Source: a virus
Lineage: Duplodnaviria; Caudoviricetes
DNA length: 36,753 nt
IMG/VR virus record: IMGVR_UViG_3300040985_000275
Coordinates: 1-36,753 of that record
Strand: one strand, 5' to 3'
Shown here: piece after piece, positions 17,779 to 25,992 of the stretch
How positions within the stretch are numbered: the first letter of the stretch is position 1
Layout of the letters: every line of letters starts with the position of its first letter
The notes under the pieces: generated by a model
What the model saw: the letters and a program-made list of their open reading frames with translations, nothing else
Databases searched by the model: none
What the model was told of the DNA's origin: nothing
Position numbers and translations under genes: made by a program

Positions 17779-18103
17779 TGCTTAGTTCTTTATTCCTATA
17801 CTTAGAAGGAATAGCATCTACTAGATTAAATCCCTCCTCTCCTTTTATAATTAACTCTCCTTCAGGAAGGTCAATTTCAATTATATCTATAATATCTCTA
17901 ACATCTATATTTAGAAAGTTTGCAATTCTTCTCATATGATAGTATCTTAACATATGCGGGTTCTCTATATACTTATCAATAGTAGTTCCCTTTACATTAC
18001 ATATTCTTCCAAATCTTCTTTTAGATATTCCTCTTATTCTTAGCGTTGCTTCTAATTCATTCCTTGAATTCCTAATCTTATCGTAATTATTTACTTTTGT
18101 CAT
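17771..18103 (-). CDS. XRE-like HTH protein
   Basis: LRIRGISKRRFGRICNVKGTTIDKYIENP...IANFLNID. Confidence 0.65.
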   Translation of the reverse strand: MTKVNNYDKIRNSRNELEATLRIRGISKRRFGRICNVKGTTIDKYIENPHMLRYYHMRRIANFLNIDVRDIIDIIEIDLPEGELIIKGEEGFNLVDAIPSKYRNKELSNE

Positions 18104-18104
18104 A

Positions 18105-18311
18105 TTAATATATTTTAGGTTGTTTAACGATATTTCTTATTAAATTTCTATCCACTAAAAACTTATTAGATTTATTGTTATAGAATTTTTTTACATCTTT
18201 TTTTGATAGAAAATTAGTAATATCGTCTTCAACTAATTCTCCAATAAATATCAGTCCATTAGAAACAATATATGTAAATGGTTTACTCTGATGTTTGTGT
18301 ATCTCTATCAT
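18105..18311 (-). CDS. Hypothetical protein
   Basis: ORF 18105..18371; start moved to MIEIHK to minimise overlap. Confidence 0.55.
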   Translation of the reverse strand: MIEIHKHQSKPFTYIVSNGLIFIGELVEDDITNFLSKKDVKKFYNNKSNKFLVDRNLIRNIVKQPKIY

Positions 18312-18558
18312 CAAACACTCCTGCTTTTCGCATTTGTTCGTATTGGTCTCTTGGGTCTCTTTTGATTTCATTTTCTTTTATTTTTTTAAGTATTTCATCA
18401 GCTTCCTCATCAGTAAGCTCGCTTAAAGAACTTAGTATCTCTGACTGCTCTGATGTTGGTATTGATGTGTAATGTAAGAGGTTCTCAATGTAATTTAATT
18501 TCCACACTTCTGCTTCTAATGGTTTCCCATCAAGAACCTCGTCCATCCAATCTTCCAT
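18283..18558 (-). CDS. Hypothetical protein
   Basis: 91 aa; TAATG overlap with the upstream gene. Confidence 0.7.
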   Translation of the reverse strand: MEDWMDEVLDGKPLEAEVWKLNYIENLLHYTSIPTSEQSEILSSLSELTDEEADEILKKIKENEIKRDPRDQYEQMRKAGVFDDRDTQTSE

Positions 18559-19130
18559 TAGTCTACAATTTCATCTTGTCCAAACACTCCTTGCTCATAA
18601 AAGCCTGTCAGTTTCAATACAACTCTTGACATAGCTCTTTTTTCTGCCATAGCAACAGGGAACTTTTTACCACCTCCCATTAAATTACTGTCAGAAGCTT
18701 CTCCAAAACTCATAACTACCTTAGCATTCTTTCCATCAAGACTTCCTGTTGCTTTTAAAACAACCCACTCCTGTGTCATTATAACAGGCTCATAGGCGAT
18801 TGCTATATTTTGTTTTGATACAATCTTATCTATACCTGTTCTAGTTATAATAACGAAACCTCTCTTGTCTTTATAGACATCTTCTTTGACTAGTCCGTTC
18901 TCTAAAAATAACCTCTTTAGAGTTTCTTCTTTTGTTTCTTTTACTAAAGGCTTTACCTCAGTTTTTCTTAATTTTTCCTGCATTGTTTTTTTTGACATTT
19001 TATTATTTAATTGATTAATACTCTCTTTTGGTTGAGCATTCTCATACTCATATTCCATTAACTCTTGATTTATATAGCCTGATTGTTGGTCATACATATC
19101 TCTGATAAATTCTTCTTTCATTACTCCCAT
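18558..19130 (-). CDS. Putative single-strand annealing protein (Rad52/Sak/Erf-like)
   Basis: IITRTGIDKI, SFGEA, PVAMAEKRAMSRVVLKLTG motifs; close to SSB. Confidence 0.6.
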   Translation of the reverse strand: MGVMKEEFIRDMYDQQSGYINQELMEYEYENAQPKESINQLNNKMSKKTMQEKLRKTEVKPLVKETKEETLKRLFLENGLVKEDVYKDKRGFVIITRTGIDKIVSKQNIAIAYEPVIMTQEWVVLKATGSLDGKNAKVVMSFGEASDSNLMGGGKKFPVAMAEKRAMSRVVLKLTGFYEQGVFGQDEIVD

Positions 19131-19510
19131 TACTTTTTGCTTTTATAATCATCAGTTATTTCTTTTATAAAGCCAAGTAGCCTATGGTCAAATCTATCAT
19201 TGTTATTTTTATGAGAACTCTCAAATATATTTTTGTCTGATTTCTCAATCTCTGCCAATAACTTTTCAGCAGGCGATATGTTGTTAATTTTATACTCAAC
19301 TATATTAGCCATTCTAGGACTTCCGTCATTAGATGTATATCTTGTTGGTACGGACAATGGTATGCTTTCTATATCGTGTCCTTGCTTTCTAAGGCTATGT
19401 ATTATAGCTGAAAGCCTATAAGCTCCATACTGATTAATAGCTTCTTTTTGAGTTAATCTTCTACCTTCTTTTAAGTGTTGTAGAATATCACTAGTTTGTG
19501 TTTTTGCCAT
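19130..19510 (-). CDS. Winged-HTH protein
   Basis: TQTSDILQHLKEGRRLTQKEAINQYGAYRLSAIIHSLRKQGHDI. Confidence 0.8.
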   Translation of the reverse strand: MAKTQTSDILQHLKEGRRLTQKEAINQYGAYRLSAIIHSLRKQGHDIESIPLSVPTRYTSNDGSPRMANIVEYKINNISPAEKLLAEIEKSDKNIFESSHKNNNDRFDHRLLGFIKEITDDYKSKK

Positions 19511-19533
19511 TTTAAAATAGTTTTAGTTAATAA

Positions 19534-19809
19534 TTATACTCCTTCGGTGTTATCTGCTACTGAACATTCTTGTGAGCAGTATCTTATATCGTCCTCTAAC
19601 TCGTCCCCACAAAAACCACAAAAATATTTTTCTCCGTCAGGCTCTTCAAAGTAATCTTCACACTCATCACATATATATCCTTCAGGCTCTGCGTGGTCTT
19701 TACACTCATAACACAATCCGCTCTCTGATATTTGAGCGCCACAACAATAACTTAAGGTGTCTAATTCATACCCTGCATTACAACAGGGACTTGTTAATTT
19801 ATCATTCAT
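19534..19809 (-). CDS. Cys-rich, putative zinc-binding protein
   Basis: SPCCNA, SYCCGA and several CxxC motifs. Confidence 0.75.
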   Translation of the reverse strand: MNDKLTSPCCNAGYELDTLSYCCGAQISESGLCYECKDHAEPEGYICDECEDYFEEPDGEKYFCGFCGDELEDDIRYCSQECSVADNTEGV

Positions 19810-19811
19810 AT

Positions 19812-20099
19812 CTATATAGTTTTTAGGTTATCATAGCCACTAACTCTTGGTAAAAAGCAGTCATCTTTTCTCATTAAACCTCCTATATCGTGTGAAATAG
19901 TAGCTCTTATATCTAGCTTATCTAAGTTATTTTTCTTAGCCCATTTAATATAACCAATAAAACAATCTAGCCATTTTCTATTATCTTTATCTAAGATTGT
20001 CATAGCCATATCAGTTCTGTAATTATCACTTCTCCAAAATTCAGGAAGGTAATCATCAAATGCTTGTGTAATTGTATCAATTTTCTTGTGTAGTTCCAT
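19812..20099 (-). CDS. Hypothetical early protein
   Basis: 95 aa; first gene after promoter 20146-20176. Confidence 0.75.
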   Translation of the reverse strand: MELHKKIDTITQAFDDYLPEFWRSDNYRTDMAMTILDKDNRKWLDCFIGYIKWAKKNNLDKLDIRATISHDIGGLMRKDDCFLPRVSGYDNLKTI

Positions 20100-20145
20100 A
20101 GTTAGTTAGTCGTTTAGTTAAACATTAGTTAGTTGAAATTCTCTG

Positions 20146-20176
20146 CAAAGATACAACAATTTTTTAAACCACCAAA
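20146..20176 (-). promoter_or_regulatory. Early promoter (Bacteroidota consensus)
   Basis: TTTG-N19-TATCTTTG. Confidence 0.85.
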
Positions 20177-20210
20177 ATTATTTACACTTTTTTTTAAATT
20201 AAGTTGTATT

Positions 20211-20310
20211 ACTATTACTAAAACTATTACTAAAACTATTACTAAAACTATTACTATTACTATTACTATAAGGGTTTAGGCAACCCTTGATGAACTGTTG
20301 GTTAAGGGTT
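20211..20310. repeat. Iteron/origin-like element B
   Basis: (ACTATTACTAAA)x3 and (ACTATT)x3, then heptamers AAGGGTT, AACCCTT, AACTGTT, AAGGGTT. Confidence 0.65.
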
Positions 20311-20312
20311 TA

Positions 20313-21398
20313 TTAAAAGTAATGTGTTAATCTAGCAACTTGACCACTTTCTTTATCGTGTATAAAACCTTCGCAAGCTTTTGGAACTCCGCAAAATCCT
20401 TTTCTTGCGTGCCAACTATCAGAAGCAGAAGGACTTCTCATATATTCAACAGTTACTCCAATAAAATCTTTAGCGTCTAGCCATTTATGTTTTACCTTGT
20501 GATGTATATGATGTAAATACCAATATCTAAATTTAGTTTCACTCCACATTTTAGGTTTTTCTTGCGCCATTAACAAAGGAAGTTTATCCATTTTAGCCCC
20601 GTCTCCGTGTTCTAATCCTATAAGATTATTTCCATACTTATAATATTTTCTATTAGCTACGCTTACATCAAAAGAAATATCATCAGCTTTTCTAAACCAA
20701 GATTTAAGAGTGTGTGCTAAATGAAATCCACTCTGATAATCGTGATTACTCATACTATGTAACACATCAACAGGAGCAATTTCCCTAAGCATTTCTATAC
20801 ATTTAACATAAAGCATTAAAGCTATTTCATAATGCTCCCACCATTTACCATCAGTATCCTGATGAGTTCCTTTAGTAGTAGTATTATAAACATTATCTAT
20901 ATGAAGCACATCATTCCCTATACAGAATAAAATACGCTCTACTTCAAAACCCTCTGCTTTATTTATTAAACCTTGAACTCCTTCTAATACTCTACCAACA
21001 GCAGTTTCACTATCATAATTTTCTCCTGTCTCTAACTCATTTGCATACTTTCCAATATGAATATCAGCAGGATTTATAACTAAAAGATGATTACCTTTTT
21101 TTCTTTTTATTGCTTTATAGTCAGGGGAGTATCCTTCTATAAACTTATTTACATTGTCAAATATTTGGCTCTCATCTAAACCGCAATCCTCTTTTGTTAC
21201 TATTGAAAATCTAAAATCTCCACTAGCTGATTGCCAATGTTTAACTGAAACGACATCTTTTTTATCTATACCTCTCTCTACTAAGTGAGTATCTAATGCT
21301 GAATTATCATTTATATTGTCTACTGATTTTGCTCTGTATTTGTAGATAAGGTTTTCTTCCTCAGTTGATAATCTTAATCGTCTACCGTATTCTTTCAT
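20313..21398 (-). CDS. Calcineurin-like metallophosphoesterase
   Basis: ADIHIG, GND, SNHD, EHGD, HHIHH motifs. Confidence 0.85.
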   Translation of the reverse strand: MKEYGRRLRLSTEEENLIYKYRAKSVDNINDNSALDTHLVERGIDKKDVVSVKHWQSASGDFRFSIVTKEDCGLDESQIFDNVNKFIEGYSPDYKAIKRKKGNHLLVINPADIHIGKYANELETGENYDSETAVGRVLEGVQGLINKAEGFEVERILFCIGNDVLHIDNVYNTTTKGTHQDTDGKWWEHYEIALMLYVKCIEMLREIAPVDVLHSMSNHDYQSGFHLAHTLKSWFRKADDISFDVSVANRKYYKYGNNLIGLEHGDGAKMDKLPLLMAQEKPKMWSETKFRYWYLHHIHHKVKHKWLDAKDFIGVTVEYMRSPSASDSWHARKGFCGVPKACEGFIHDKESGQVARLTHYF

Positions 21399-21421
21399 AT
21401 AAATTGTTTATGTAAAATGCT

Positions 21422-21492
21422 AGCAGTTTCAACGGCTTACACACATATACACAGCAGTTTCAATGACTTATGCGCACATACAGCAGTTTCAA
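21422..21492. repeat. Three AGCAGTTTCAA repeats at 31/29-nt period
   Basis: Copies at 21422, 21453, 21482 with related spacers. Confidence 0.85.
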
Positions 21493-21541
21493 CAGCATTT
21501 TTAGTTGGCGCAATATATAAAAATTTTTTAATTATAATGCG

Positions 21542-21570
21542 AAAAAGAGGGAAACTACCCCCTCTCTTTC
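21542..21570 (-). terminator. Intrinsic terminator of the sRNA and lysis operon
   Basis: AGAGGG...CCCTCT followed by a T-tract. Confidence 0.75.
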
Positions 21571-21622
21571 TTTAACTAAACTATGTTACGACTATGAATG
21601 TAGGCGAGCGCCTACTTTTACA
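21542..21622 (-). ncRNA. Putative ~80-nt trans-acting antisense sRNA
   Basis: Own promoter, 5' hairpin GUAGGC-GCUC-GCCUAC, unpaired seed CAUAGUCGUAACAUAGUUUAGUUAAA, intrinsic terminator; no ORF. Confidence 0.65.
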
Positions 21623-21627
21623 CGGTG

Positions 21628-21657
21628 CAAATATAGTGTTTATTTTTTAAATAGCAA
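21628..21657 (-). promoter_or_regulatory. Bacteroidota sigma70-type promoter of the sRNA
   Basis: TTG-N19-TATATTTG. Confidence 0.7.
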
Positions 21658-21659
21658 TA

Positions 21660-21860
21660 CTATTTAGTGGATTTTGCTATATCAGCAATACCTTGACCTA
21701 AAATCAGTACGAGGATTGCGTGATAAAGTTCTGTTGCTGTAGCAGGTTCTACGCCTAATAATGTAGCTAACGCAGGAACTACTACAGAGCTAATTGCATA
21801 CCAAAACTTTTTTGACTTTAACATTTGACCAATAAGGTACTTCTCTAAAAACTTTTTCAT
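21660..21860 (-). CDS. Holin-like small membrane protein
   Basis: KSKKFWYAI...ILGQGIADI; two TM segments; adjacent to the lysin. Confidence 0.65.
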   Translation of the reverse strand: MKKFLEKYLIGQMLKSKKFWYAISSVVVPALATLLGVEPATATELYHAILVLILGQGIADIAKSTK

Positions 21861-21861
21861 T

Positions 21862-22371
21862 TTATCTATTTTTAATTATTAAACTTATGTTTGAACTTAA
21901 TTGATTACTTAATATATAATCCATTAAATAACTATGAGCGATTTTACTTTCTAAAATTTTATCAGGAACTTGCGCTCTATGAGTACCTGTTAATATACAC
22001 CCTCTACTATCGGATGGGTAATTTCCTCTATGAAATAAGATGTAACTTCTATCCTTAACATCTTCTACTAGTAAATGAACATAATCTCTACTAGCACTTT
22101 CTCTTGCTAATCTTATCCTACAAGAATACTCTCCCGAAGGCACGCAAGATACACTTTTTTTATTGTCTTGCCAAGGTAATTCTAAAGTATGTGCAATAAA
22201 TTCTGAATTGCAATATAATTTCCCTAAAACAGACTTATCTGTAAATGTATCTCTGATTAATAACAGACTAGCTCTATCTTCCTTGTCCTCTATACTTTTT
22301 CTTATAGCCATTTTGACTTTTTGAAGCATTTTTAGAATGAATTCCTTTGCGTTTTTTACGAGTATTTCCAC
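21862..22371 (-). CDS. Putative endolysin (DUF5675, L,D-transpeptidase-like); start uncertain (22371 or an internal Met such as 22311)
   Basis: TLELPW, SCVPSGEY, RSYILFHRGN, DSRGCILTG motifs. Confidence 0.75.
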   Translation of the reverse strand: MEILVKNAKEFILKMLQKVKMAIRKSIEDKEDRASLLLIRDTFTDKSVLGKLYCNSEFIAHTLELPWQDNKKSVSCVPSGEYSCRIRLARESASRDYVHLLVEDVKDRSYILFHRGNYPSDSRGCILTGTHRAQVPDKILESKIAHSYLMDYILSNQLSSNISLIIKNR

Positions 22372-22396
22372 TAAATGTAGATATTATTTTTGCCAC
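22274..22396 (-). CDS. 40-aa basic peptide ending KKYRGQGR, not in the ORF track
   Basis: GTG start overlapping the upstream TAG; MAKIISTFSGNTRKKRKGIHSKNASKSQNGYKKKYRGQGR. Confidence 0.65.
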   Translation of the reverse strand: MAKIISTFSGNTRKKRKGIHSKNASKSQNGYKKKYRGQGR

Positions 22397-22887
22397 TATG
22401 AAGCAGGTTTAAATACTGTTACAATTTCAATATTACAAGAAGCTGTATCTGCAGCAGCTCTAATTTTACTTATAGTGCTATATGTCAAGTAACCTGTAGC
22501 AGGAGCAGCAGATGTAGAGACTGCCACATTAACATCTTGAAACATAAAAGACTGACCTGCACCAAGTTTAATGTTTAAAAAATTATTTGTAGCTGCTAAT
22601 TCAAACTGAACAATGCAATAGTTTGTATTGTCTAGGTTAGTAAGCCTAACATACTCAAACTCTGTTGTAATTCCTTGACCCTGCTCATTTGCAGTATCCC
22701 AATAAAACAATTCAGTCCAACTTGCAGCTGCCTCGGGTGTTGAAGCTATTACATTTACTATTCTATGGTCAGCCTCAGTACAACTTGTAACTGCGTGAGT
22801 AGTATTTGAGCCAAAATCTCTAGTATTTAAAGATAAATTATCTGTTAAAGATGATGTAAAGTCTGAAGGTGTTATTGTTGTTGCCAT
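22396..22887 (-). CDS. Putative virion structural protein
   Basis: 163 aa, Thr/Ser/Ala-rich, YVRLTNLD motif. Confidence 0.65.
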   Translation of the reverse strand: MATTITPSDFTSSLTDNLSLNTRDFGSNTTHAVTSCTEADHRIVNVIASTPEAAASWTELFYWDTANEQGQGITTEFEYVRLTNLDNTNYCIVQFELAATNNFLNIKLGAGQSFMFQDVNVAVSTSAAPATGYLTYSTISKIRAAADTASCNIEIVTVFKPAS

Positions 22888-22888
22888 A

Positions 22889-23062
22889 TTATTTTGTTTT
22901 TTTAAGTTTTATAAATTTATAAATTGTAAATGCAATAGCTAGTGTTGTAGATATTAAAAGAAGAATTTCATTGCACTCTCCTAAACTCAATCCTATCACG
23001 CTTCCATTTGCAATTAAAACTTCTGTTGTGTCTTTCATACTATTATTTATTGTATTTTTCAT
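22889..23062 (-). CDS. Holin-like small membrane protein (57 aa), not in the ORF track
   Basis: MKNTINNSMKDTTEVLIANGSVIGLSL...ILLLISTTLAIAFTIYKFIKLKKTK. Confidence 0.65.
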   Translation of the reverse strand: MKNTINNSMKDTTEVLIANGSVIGLSLGECNEILLLISTTLAIAFTIYKFIKLKKTK

Positions 23063-23072
23063 TATTTTTTAT

Positions 23073-23708
23073 TTAAGAAATATATCCTATTTCAATGGTT
23101 GCACAAACAGAAACTTCTCCTAACTCTCCTTCTTCTGAACCTTTAAGCATAATAAAAACTCTATCCCCTGCAGTTATTGCTGTGTTGGCAAAATCTAAAG
23201 GAATATTGTAAGGATAAGAATTAACTAAGTTAGTATTACCAAGACCCGCTACTATTTTTTCAGAAAGAACCACAGGGTATGCTAATTGAGCTGTAGTGCT
23301 AGGCGTATGCTTTACTATCGCTACAGTAAAATTACCCGTTCCTGGAGCTGTAACCTGAAGTATTCCTCCGTTTACAACTGCATCTCCTGCAGCCACAAAT
23401 GAAGCTACTTTAAAAAAAGTATTTTGAGCTATACTAGGGGTTGATGTTATTGTTGCGCTACCATAATCTTTATTAATCTGATATGGGGCTTTATTATTGT
23501 TGTGATAATTGGATGGAAACTGATAATTAGTTGTTAAATCGCAATACCCTTCCATTATAGCAGTATCAACCTTTAAAAAAGAATTTGGCTTCCAAGCTAA
23601 AAGGCCACCATCATCTTTAGAACATACTGAATTGTTGTTAGCCAAAGAAAGTCCTTTAGGGTTGTGAAGATTTGCTTCACTTAAAAATGCGTGTTCGTTG
23701 CTTGCCAT
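23073..23708 (-). CDS. Putative virion structural protein
   Basis: 211 aa, beta-rich; in the head/neck cluster. Confidence 0.65.
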   Translation of the reverse strand: MASNEHAFLSEANLHNPKGLSLANNNSVCSKDDGGLLAWKPNSFLKVDTAIMEGYCDLTTNYQFPSNYHNNNKAPYQINKDYGSATITSTPSIAQNTFFKVASFVAAGDAVVNGGILQVTAPGTGNFTVAIVKHTPSTTAQLAYPVVLSEKIVAGLGNTNLVNSYPYNIPLDFANTAITAGDRVFIMLKGSEEGELGEVSVCATIEIGYIS

Positions 23709-23725
23709 TTAATTTATCTTTAATT

Positions 23726-24328
23726 TTAATTACAATTACAATTAGAGTCTCCATTACAATAAGTATTACCGACAATAAAATTACCATAATAATCTCTATC
23801 ATATATACTATCATACATTACTATTCCGTGATTCTTAAACACCTCGTTACCCATACAAGATTTATTATCCTCATAAGTAGGAAAAAGACCCGCTTGGTCG
23901 CTACCTCTTAAGTAGTCCATCATATCAGTTAAAAATAACTTTCCTTTTCTATATGTACTTTGCCTGTAAACATTAAGCTCATCAGAACTAACAGCACTTG
24001 CAAACTCATCTAAATTAGTAACAACACCTGCAGAGCTACTATTGTTTTGTATTTCCAATATAACCTCAAATCTAGACATCCAACATAAAGCAGGTATCAA
24101 GTAATAAGTCATAAATTCTTGATTAGCTACAGTTAATGTCCCTAAGTCATTTTGTGCTTTTAATTCTCCATAGAATTTAATACCTAACAATGTCTTTATG
24201 TGAGCCAATTCAGCCATAACAATCGTGTCATCTGATATTAAATAAGGGTCAGTATTAGCATTTGTAAATGACTGAGATATTACCTCTCCTGCTGTAGCTA
24301 ATGGTTTGTATTGTCTTAAATTTGCCAT
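23726..24328 (-). CDS. Putative head-tail adaptor
   Basis: Downstream of the portal; HIKTLLGIKFYGEL...YLIPAL...FPTY pattern. Confidence 0.6.
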   Translation of the reverse strand: MANLRQYKPLATAGEVISQSFTNANTDPYLISDDTIVMAELAHIKTLLGIKFYGELKAQNDLGTLTVANQEFMTYYLIPALCWMSRFEVILEIQNNSSSAGVVTNLDEFASAVSSDELNVYRQSTYRKGKLFLTDMMDYLRGSDQAGLFPTYEDNKSCMGNEVFKNHGIVMYDSIYDRDYYGNFIVGNTYCNGDSNCNCN

Positions 24329-24329
24329 A

Positions 24330-25763
24330 TTAATTTTCTATTATAGTGTTATCCTCATCATTTTCACTTTCATAATAATCTTCATCTTCTGCTACTTCTT
24401 GCTTTTCAGACTCATCATAATCAGTAATTATTACCTCTCTATCAGACACAAACATATCTCCGTCCTCTAACATTGGCAAGTCCTCATCTAACATTCTTCT
24501 CTGCTCATTAATTGTTAGAACCTGCTTAACATCTATTTCATTCGCATAAGACACAGGCGGCTCATAATGTATTTTCAAATCTCTAGGGTCAAATCCCATT
24601 TCATTATATAAGATTCTTCTTATTCCATTTAACAATAATTCAGAAGTATCTTTAACAACAGTAGTCATTGCTAAATCATAAGCAATTCTAATTTCACTAC
24701 CTGTATTATTCATTTTACCCGAACTAACAATACCACTTAAAGAAGGTTGCCATCTATGAGCAGTAATTATATTTTGGTCGGTAACTCTTTGTAAGTCTAA
24801 CCAACTTCCGTCTTGGTCATCTTTTATTATAGAAACATTTGCAGGAGAAGTGTCTCCATTTTTAACGATAAACATAATCTTTCCATTGTTACCATCTCCA
24901 ACAAATTTCTTTTGTGCTTCACGCACTAATTTTTTTGCTTCTTCTTCTCCCATATCTCCACTAATCTCAACGATTGCAGAAGGTTGAAAGCCATTTTTAA
25001 ACTTAGTATGATTCCATTTACCTATTTCATAATCAACTGCAATATGCTCTAGTGCAGCAACATAATCAGGAAGTCCATAAAAGTTAAATGTAGGTTCGTA
25101 GTCCTTAAAATGAACTACAAATTTATTGTGAGCTACTCTAGGGTATATAGGTAGTCGTGATATTTTTTCATCATTAGCCCAATATCTTTTCCAATCAGAG
25201 TTTATATAAACCTCTTTGTTTGTTTTGGACATTCTAACCGTAGTTGCGTCTAAGTGATATAGATTTATACCCCCATCATACACTACGCACTCTAAATATG
25301 CATTACCAAATGTGTAATAATCATCAGCTAGCTTTTTAAATACATCTCTTAAAGATTCGTGGTCTGCGTTTACATCTTCAATGAACTTTCTTAAAGGCTC
25401 ATTATCACAAACAAATTTAGCTCCACTAGTAAATATAGTCTTTTGAGCTAAAACAGAACGATTAGTTGATGATTTTCTTTTTAATTCAGCAAGATACTGA
25501 GGGAATAAATTGTCATCTCCAAAAGGAATCCATTTAGTCCTTATATTTGTAAGATTTTTAGGCTCTGAAACACCTTGAGGAACTGCTAAATTAAATACCC
25601 CAAACTCATAAACATTGTCTTTAGTCTTAGCCTTAGTCTTTGCTGATAGTTTTGCTTGGCTTTTTGGTTTTTGCTTTTTCACTTGATTTTTCTGTTTTAT
25701 TAATAAATGCTTCTGCACCATTGAATTCTTCATAAGCTCTAGCCAAATCTTTTTGACTAGCAT
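24330..25763 (-). CDS. Portal protein (true start possibly GTG at 25682)
   Basis: WIPFGDDNLFPQYL, DYYTFGNAYLE, YGLPDY, NGFQPS, IITAHR, LTINEQR motifs. Confidence 0.85.
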   Translation of the reverse strand: MLVKKIWLELMKNSMVQKHLLIKQKNQVKKQKPKSQAKLSAKTKAKTKDNVYEFGVFNLAVPQGVSEPKNLTNIRTKWIPFGDDNLFPQYLAELKRKSSTNRSVLAQKTIFTSGAKFVCDNEPLRKFIEDVNADHESLRDVFKKLADDYYTFGNAYLECVVYDGGINLYHLDATTVRMSKTNKEVYINSDWKRYWANDEKISRLPIYPRVAHNKFVVHFKDYEPTFNFYGLPDYVAALEHIAVDYEIGKWNHTKFKNGFQPSAIVEISGDMGEEEAKKLVREAQKKFVGDGNNGKIMFIVKNGDTSPANVSIIKDDQDGSWLDLQRVTDQNIITAHRWQPSLSGIVSSGKMNNTGSEIRIAYDLAMTTVVKDTSELLLNGIRRILYNEMGFDPRDLKIHYEPPVSYANEIDVKQVLTINEQRRMLDEDLPMLEDGDMFVSDREVIITDYDESEKQEVAEDEDYYESENDEDNTIIEN

Positions 25764-25860
25764 TATCCCACCCTATACTAAGAGTAGAACCATTTCCATC
25801 AGTAAAGTTTGTAGCAATACCTTCTCCCAACCATTTTTTCTTAACTTCGTATTTTGCCAT
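25633..25860 (-). CDS. Hypothetical protein (start at MAKYEVK)
   Basis: ORF 25633..25920; the internal ATG is the more plausible start. Confidence 0.55.
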   Translation of the reverse strand: MAKYEVKKKWLGEGIATNFTDGNGSTLSIGWDNASQKDLARAYEEFNGAEAFINKTEKSSEKAKTKKPSKTISKD

Positions 25861-25935
25861 ACTTAAATATAATTTAATTTTTTGTAAATCTACAAAATTT
25901 TTTCTATTGCAGTCGCACATATAAAAAAAGATATA

Positions 25936-25964
25936 AGTAAGAGGTTTTTAAACCTCTCACTTTA
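25936..25964 (-). terminator. Hairpin/terminator after the major tail gene
   Basis: AGAGGTTT/AAACCTCT inverted repeat with a downstream T-rich tract. Confidence 0.6.
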
Positions 25965-25992
25965 TCAAATTATTAATCTCAGCAGTTTCAGA

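Noticed and set aside
21422-21492. Mini CRISPR array
   Set aside because: Repeat is only 11 nt, spacers are 18-20 nt and resemble each other, and there are no cas genes
21583-21597. Plus-strand micro-ORF ATG TTA CGA CTA TGA
   Set aside because: Four codons, no plus-strand promoter; better explained as the complement of the sRNA seed
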